A stretch of DNA of 42,927 bases from Escherichia virus mEp460_4F5, in the sequence record LR595868.1, one strand, 5' to 3'. Below are positions 38,161 to 42,927 of the stretch, piece by piece. Under the pieces are notes generated by a model. The model made no database searches. It was not told the origin of the DNA and worked only from the letters and a program-made list of their open reading frames with translations. A program made the translations under genes and the position numbers. Within the stretch, counting starts at the first letter, position 1; each line of letters begins with the position of its first letter.

Positions 38161-39073
38161 TTTTATTCGTCCCGTTCAGCATTTCTTCTTTTATCATATC
38201 AAAAACAGGGTTTGTTGTATAATTATCGTTTGTCAATCCATTGACTTTATCGGCAATTATATCGAAATCGTATGTTTCAAAAAAAACAGGGCAGTTCATA
38301 AAATCAATGGTTTTTTCTATTCCTGCATGGTTTACTGCAATAACCTGTGCTTTAGCAACTCCACTCATAGAATTATAAATATTTGAAAGATTCTGAGATA
38401 GTTGTTGCACTTTTGTTCTGTCGCTAGAATTAAAATTCATATCTATTGTGGTGGTGTTAACAAATTGTTCAAGCGCAGTCATTGGTCCACCTTTAAAATC
38501 TATATAATTAAATTTAAAGCTTGTGCTTTTAATCTCTTTGAATTGACATAAAACACTCTGAATGTTGTTTTTATTTGTCATAAGGCTGAAAGTCAGTCTT
38601 TCTTTGTATTTTTTATTTATTGCAGTTACTTCTTTTTGTTTTGGTTTATCACCAAGTTTTTTTATTTCTTCTTTATTTTGATTTCTGATAAATTCATTAC
38701 TTATTGTTTCTAAATGAGAAAAGAGAGTGTTCAGACTGCATGAACCGTGGTGATACATATAGAGACCAGAAAGATTAGATTTTTTAATTAAGAAAAAGTT
38801 GAAATTAGCAAGTTTGTCACTTCCTTGAAGATCTTCAATTTTAAGCTGGAATTTACCATCAACAAATTGCGACTTACAGTTCTTTTTTTGGTTTCTGAAT
38901 GTGACAACTAATCCATAATAGAAATCATTCACATCCGAAATGAGAATTTTACGAGTATAGTCTGTGCGACTGTGTTCTCTGTTTGATGCGTTGATAAAAG
39001 CATTCATTACGTCAACGGTATTAATATTTTTGTTATTGTTATTTATTGTAAATCCTATGCTTCTAACTTTCAT
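38147..39073 (-). CDS. Hypothetical soluble protein, first gene of the antisense AT-rich cassette (candidate sensor)
   Basis: 308 aa; Asn/Lys-rich; no catalytic motif recognised by eye (no Walker A); AT-rich codon usage unlike the phage core. Confidence 0.6.
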   Translation of the reverse strand: MKVRSIGFTINNNNKNINTVDVMNAFINASNREHSRTDYTRKILISDVNDFYYGLVVTFRNQKKNCKSQFVDGKFQLKIEDLQGSDKLANFNFFLIKKSNLSGLYMYHHGSCSLNTLFSHLETISNEFIRNQNKEEIKKLGDKPKQKEVTAINKKYKERLTFSLMTNKNNIQSVLCQFKEIKSTSFKFNYIDFKGGPMTALEQFVNTTTIDMNFNSSDRTKVQQLSQNLSNIYNSMSGVAKAQVIAVNHAGIEKTIDFMNCPVFFETYDFDIIADKVNGLTNDNYTTNPVFDMIKEEMLNGTNKNAFI

Positions 39074-39196
39074 GTGTATTCCAGGACCGACTAAAGATAG
39101 CGAGAATGGGGACGCATAGTTTATAAAAATCCTAACGCGTACGCAAAAAGTATTATATCGTGTTAAGAGTGGTTACTTCGCCACACAACTTAAACC

Positions 39197-39217
39197 CGCC
39201 GCTGAGCGGTTTTTTTG
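39197..39217 (+). terminator. Weak hairpin with T-run (possible tR'-like terminator)
   Basis: CCGC-TGA-GCGG followed by TTTTTTT, upstream of the late-region small gene. Confidence 0.3.
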
Positions 39218-39337
39218 TACCTGTAAACCTTGTGCAGTACAGTAAACACGCTGGTGGTCGTGAATACTGGCTTTTTATCTTGCTGGCTTTTTAGACAAGA
39301 GTTATTGGTATGTCATGTTAACCAGAAGGGAAAAGAC

Positions 39338-39541
39338 ATGCTAAAACAGCAAGATATGACAGAAACCGCCGCCGCAGTCCTTCATTTCTTACCTGCTGGC
39401 AAGTGGGTAACGCCACGCATGATGACGAGAACTACCGGAGTAAGCGAAGCCCGGTGCCAGTTAATACTGACTCAGTTAGTTCTGGCGGGTCTGGCGAAGG
39501 ATAACGGCGGGTACGGGAATAAATTCAGACGCTGCCAGTAA
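39338..39541 (+). CDS. Hypothetical small protein (late region)
   Basis: 67 aa from the ATG at 39338 (AAGGGA about 6 nt upstream); the track ORF starts upstream at 39230. Confidence 0.4.
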   Translation: MLKQQDMTETAAAVLHFLPAGKWVTPRMMTRTTGVSEARCQLILTQLVLAGLAKDNGGYGNKFRRCQ

Positions 39542-39691
39542 TGGCGGTTTCCTGCTGTGAAAATGGGCGGCTGGTGGGTGTTGGTAGCACCTGCCAGCCA
39601 TTCGCTCATGCTTACTGGTCACAAGCGAACCACGGCCCACTGCTTTAGCGCAAAAGCAGAGTGAGCCTACCAGAGTTACGCTTACTGATCC

Positions 39692-40744
39692 ATGAAAAAT
39701 ACTGTAAAAATAAACAGTGTTGATTTAATCAACGCTGATTGCCTGCATTTTATTCAGTCCCTGCCTGATGATTCCATTGACCTGATTGTTACCGATCCGC
39801 CTTACTTCAAGGTGAAACCTAACGGTTGGGACAATCAGTGGAAAGGGGACGAAAATTACCTTAAGTGGCTGGACCACTGTCTGGCCCAGTTCTGGCGGGT
39901 GTTAAAACCTGCCGGAAGCCTTTACCTGTTCTGTGGGCATCGCCTGGCATCTGATATTGAGATCATGATGCGTGAACGTTTCAACGTGCTTAACCATATC
40001 ATCTGGGCGAAGCCGTCCGGACGTTGGAATGGGTGTAATAAAGAAAGTCTGCGCGCATATTTTCCTGCCACAGAGCGCGTTCTGTTTGCTGAACATTACC
40101 AGGGGCCATATCGCGGCAAAAGTGACGGCTATGCGGCAAAAGAAAGGGAACTCAAACAGCACATAATGGCACCGCTGATATCGTATTTCAGGGATGCTCG
40201 TGCCGAACTGGGTATAACGGCAAAACAAATTGCCGAAGCCACAGGTAAGAAAAATATGGTTTCCCACTGGTTTGGTGCCAGTCAGTGGCAGTTGCCGAAT
40301 GAGGCTGACTATCGGAAGTTACAGGCACTGTTTTCCCGTATAGCGGCAGAGAAGTTTCAGGAACAACAACTGGAACAACCACACCACCAGCTGGTGGCAT
40401 CTTATGATTCACTGAATCGCAAATATTCTGAATTGCTGGATGAGTTTAAATCTCTCCGGCGCTATTTCTCCGTATCAGTCTCCGTGCCTTATACCGATGT
40501 CTGGACGCATAAGCCCGTTCAGTTCTACCCGGGTAAACATCCGTGCGAGAAACCGGCGGATATGCTCCGGCAAATAATCAATGCCAGTAGTCGACCTGGT
40601 GATCTGGTTGCTGATTTCTTTATGGGATCCGGTTCCACAATAAAAGCAGCAATGGCGCTGGGGCGTCGGGCGTTAGGTGTTGAACTTGAGTCAGAGCGGT
40701 TTAATCAGACGGTGAAAGAGGTAAGTGAACTGGTGGGGAAATAA
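39692..40744 (+). CDS. Orphan DNA methyltransferase (N6-adenine/N4-cytosine, DPPY motif)
   Basis: 350 aa; catalytic motif IVTDPPYF near the N-terminus and an AdoMet-binding F.GSGST motif near the C-terminus; no adjacent restriction endonuclease. Confidence 0.8.
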   Translation: MKNTVKINSVDLINADCLHFIQSLPDDSIDLIVTDPPYFKVKPNGWDNQWKGDENYLKWLDHCLAQFWRVLKPAGSLYLFCGHRLASDIEIMMRERFNVLNHIIWAKPSGRWNGCNKESLRAYFPATERVLFAEHYQGPYRGKSDGYAAKERELKQHIMAPLISYFRDARAELGITAKQIAEATGKKNMVSHWFGASQWQLPNEADYRKLQALFSRIAAEKFQEQQLEQPHHQLVASYDSLNRKYSELLDEFKSLRRYFSVSVSVPYTDVWTHKPVQFYPGKHPCEKPADMLRQIINASSRPGDLVADFFMGSGSTIKAAMALGRRALGVELESERFNQTVKEVSELVGK

Positions 40745-40751
40745 TTCTGGT

Positions 40752-40775
40752 GGCCACGTTGCGTGGCCTTTTTAT
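40752..40775 (+). terminator. Intrinsic terminator upstream of the lysis cassette (expected to be overridden by Q)
   Basis: GGCCACG-TTG-CGTGGCC hairpin followed by TTTTT. Confidence 0.6.
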
Positions 40776-40820
40776 TTCCAACACAGCACCCGCAAATATC
40801 GCGAGGTGAGAGATGACGAA

Positions 40821-41147
40821 ATGCCTCATAACCCAAATACCTGGCTGGACTTGGTCCAGAGCTGGTGGCGTGGAGACACACCGCTGGGTGCAGTGATTAT
40901 GTCGATCGTTATGGCTGGTTTGCGCATCGCCTATTTTGGCGGTGGTGGTGGCTGGAAGCGAAAAACGCTCGAGATTTTGCTATGTGGCGCTCTGACGCTG
41001 ACCTTTGCATCCGCTCTTGAGTATGTCGGATGGCCTAAATCACTTTCTGTTGCCATTGGTGGTGGGGTGGGGCTGATCGGTGTCGATGCTATTCGTGGGG
41101 CTGCAATGCGAGTAATCGGTAACAAATTTGGTGGCTCTAAGGAGTAA
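40821..41147 (+). CDS. Putative holin
   Basis: 108 aa from the ATG at 40821; two to three hydrophobic helices and a charged C-terminus; immediately upstream of the endolysin. Confidence 0.6.
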   Translation: MPHNPNTWLDLVQSWWRGDTPLGAVIMSIVMAGLRIAYFGGGGGWKRKTLEILLCGALTLTFASALEYVGWPKSLSVAIGGGVGLIGVDAIRGAAMRVIGNKFGGSKE

Positions 41148-41150
41148 TTT

Positions 41151-41627
41151 ATGCAGGTACTAAATTCCCAGCGTAAAGCTTTCCTTGATATGGTGGCTTG
41201 GTCAGAAGGAACGGATAACGGGCGACAACCGACACGTAATCACGGTTATGATGTTATTGTTGGCGGCGAACTGTTTACTGATTACTCTGATCACCCTCGC
41301 AAACTTGTCACGCTAAACCCCAAACTCAAATCAACAGCCGCCGGACGTTACCAGCTTCTTTCCCGTTGGTGGGATGCTTACCGTAAACAGCTTGGTTTGA
41401 AAGACTTCTCCCCCAAAAGCCAGGACGCAGTGGCATTGCAGCAGATTAAAGAGCGTAGCGCTTTACCTATGATTGATCGCGGTGATATCCGTCAGGCTAT
41501 CGACCGTTGCAGCAATATCTGGGCTTCACTGCCGGGTGCTGGTTATGGCCAGTTCGAGCATAAGGCTGACAGCCTGATTGCAAAATTCAAAGAAGCAGGC
41601 GGAACGGTCAGAGAGATTGAGGTATGA
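41151..41627 (+). CDS. R: Endolysin, lambda R-type lytic transglycosylase
   Basis: 158 aa; near-identical to lambda R as recalled ([41 protein letters not shown] ...). Confidence 0.9.
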   Translation: MQVLNSQRKAFLDMVAWSEGTDNGRQPTRNHGYDVIVGGELFTDYSDHPRKLVTLNPKLKSTAAGRYQLLSRWWDAYRKQLGLKDFSPKSQDAVALQQIKERSALPMIDRGDIRQAIDRCSNIWASLPGAGYGQFEHKADSLIAKFKEAGGTVREIEV

Positions 41628-42067
41628 GCAGAGTCACCGCGATTATCTCCGCTCTGGTTATCTGCATCATCGTCTGTCTGTCATGGGCTGTTAATCATTA
41701 CCGTGGTAACGCCATTACCTATAAAGAACAGCGCGATAAAGCCACGTACATCATCGCTGACATGCAGAAGCGTCAACGTGATGTAGCAGAACTCGACGCC
41801 AGATACACAAAGGAGCTTGCTGATGCTAACGCGACTATCGAAAGTCTTCGTGCTGATGTTTCTGCTGGCCGTAAGTGGCTGCGCGTCAAAGCAGTCTGTC
41901 CGGACATGCATAAAACCACCGCCACCTCCGGCGTGGATGATGGCTCCAGCCCCAGACTTACTGACACCGCTCAACGGGATTATTTCGTTCTCAGAGAGCG
42001 CATCGAAACCATAACTAAACAATTGAATGGCCTGCAAGAGTATGTGAGATCACAGTGTTCATATTAG
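41624..42067 (+). CDS. Rz: Rz i-spanin
   Basis: 147 aa; N-terminal transmembrane segment; lambda Rz-like; ATGA overlap with R. Confidence 0.85.
   Translation: MSRVTAIISALVICIIVCLSWAVNHYRGNAITYKEQRDKATYIIADMQKRQRDVAELDARYTKELADANATIESLRADVSAGRKWLRVKAVCPDMHKTTATSGVDDGSSPRLTDTAQRDYFVLRERIETITKQLNGLQEYVRSQCSY
41823..42014 (+). CDS. Rz1: Rz1 o-spanin lipoprotein, embedded in Rz in the +1 frame
   Basis: AAGGAG about 7 nt upstream of the ATG at 41823; lipobox ...AVSGC; proline-rich ([10 protein letters not shown]) like lambda Rz1. Confidence 0.8.
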   Translation: MLTRLSKVFVLMFLLAVSGCASKQSVRTCIKPPPPPAWMMAPAPDLLTPLNGIISFSESASKP

Positions 42068-42105
42068 AAAAGTCTTATCATAAGATTTTTGTATATGGAT
42101 GCATT

Positions 42106-42480
42106 ATGTCTCAATACGCTCACGCTGCTTTAATCGCTTATCATTTGGTTGCTGATAGCTCAATGCCTCCTCGTGATGCATGGGATGCAGCTGTCGCTGA
42201 GGTTACAGAAAGCGAATCGTCAAGAAAGAAGGTATGCCCAAGGGCAACATTTCTCGCCCTGGCGGATAGCGGTTACCTCAAGAATGTAAAACCACAGCAT
42301 GGAGAGAAAAAGGGCGGTAAGTTGTACCAAAGGGCAATTGAAGTTGCGAATCTGATTCTTGATTTGCCCGGAATTAGCAAAGCTGAGCTAGTTGATAAAA
42401 CTTGCTATAAAGACAGGCAAGGGTCTTATGACATTGCTCTAACTCTCGCTCAGCACGGATTACTCCAGCGTCCTCAATAA
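42106..42480 (+). CDS. Hypothetical protein (right-end accessory gene)
   Basis: 124 aa from the ATG at 42106 (the track begins at the GTG at 42055 inside Rz); no family recognised; weak ribosome-binding site. Confidence 0.35.
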   Translation: MSQYAHAALIAYHLVADSSMPPRDAWDAAVAEVTESESSRKKVCPRATFLALADSGYLKNVKPQHGEKKGGKLYQRAIEVANLILDLPGISKAELVDKTCYKDRQGSYDIALTLAQHGLLQRPQ

Positions 42481-42578
42481 TATATTAAGTGATTTATGGC
42501 CTCGCTTTTAGCGGGGCTTTTTCATATCTGAATCTCACCATGCATATCATCACCTGACTGGAACGTCAGGAGAATTCG

Positions 42579-42800
42579 TTACCGGGATTCGATAAAGGTA
42601 TTCAAGCCTGACACATTATGCGCTGTATCGTCGCCGTATTCCCGCATTAACCATGACCGTAGCCCTACGGGGAACTCCTTCTGCGCGAGTGTGCGGGAAT
42701 AATCAAAAACGATACACACCGGGTTTTTACCGCGTTTATGATTCGCGGGTTTGTCCCTCATGCTCGCCAGTCCTGTGCGGGGGTGGAAGAAACAGGACAC
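42579..42800 (-). CDS. Hypothetical small protein
   Basis: 73-aa ORF on the minus strand near the right end; no family recognised. Confidence 0.25.
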   Translation of the reverse strand: MSCFFHPRTGLASMRDKPANHKRGKNPVCIVFDYSRTLAQKEFPVGLRSWLMREYGDDTAHNVSGLNTFIESR

Positions 42801-42927
42801 TTACACTGATTCTTGTGAGCATGATGCTATGCCTTTCTGGATTATCCCGATGCCATTCATGCAGGGTGCTGTATCAGACGCTCGTCAGAGCTGTCAGGCT
42901 GACGGGTCCTCCCGGTGGGGTGGCCTG

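Noticed and set aside
39541-39692. Possible tRNA gene between the small late ORF and the methyltransferase, where lambdoid phages often carry tRNAs
   Set aside because: No T-loop (GTTCGA/GTTCAAAT-like) or acceptor-stem pattern was visible by eye on either strand; tRNAscan-SE would settle it.
1-42927. CRISPR arrays, insertion sequences or transposase genes
   Set aside because: No regularly spaced direct repeats with unique spacers and no transposase-like ORFs or terminal inverted repeats were seen; the only repeat clusters are the origin iterons, the GGGAACC motifs and the operator half-sites.

Overview
The window reads as an essentially complete lambdoid (lambda-like) siphovirus genome in virion (cos-to-cos) gene order. 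All calls are from reading the sequence and the ORF track by eye; no searches were run, motif coordinates may be off by 1-2 nt, and family names are from memory. Layout: (1) 189-6474 DNA packaging and head genes: terminase small/large, gpW, portal, and a ClpP-like protease fused to the major capsid protein, so the head module is not lambda-type. (2) 6561-18614 tail module Z-U-V-G/T-H-M-L-K-I-J, closely lambda-like, with a probable G-T -1 frameshift and a J C-terminus that departs from lambda J. (3) 18673-21308 side tail fibre with an unrecognised C-terminal domain plus two small accessory genes. (4) 21426-22833 a DinI-like gene with tandem LexA boxes and a tyrosine integrase. (5) 23173-30473 AT-rich accessory genes and a minus-strand early-left operon: exonuclease, DUF551 proteins, YfdR/YfdQ/YfdP-like trio, no Red genes and no N. 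(6) 30645-31569 cI/cro immunity region with operators. (7) 31550-37599 replication gene with internal iterons, Dam-like methyltransferase, a LexA DNA-binding-domain-only protein, RusA, KilA-N, DUF968 and a QuuD-type Q antiterminator. (8) 37612-39073 an AT-rich, antisense two-gene cassette (308-aa soluble protein plus 182-aa four-helix membrane protein) between Q and the late genes. (9) 39692-42067 a second methyltransferase, holin, lambda-R-type endolysin and Rz/Rz1. The antisense cassette is the best candidate for an undescribed system: its architecture recalls RexA/RexB-type abortive-infection modules, but neither protein is recognisable to me. Secondary leads are the LexA-like protein with the SOS-boxed dinI gene and a roughly 400-nt structured non-coding stretch in the early-left operon.
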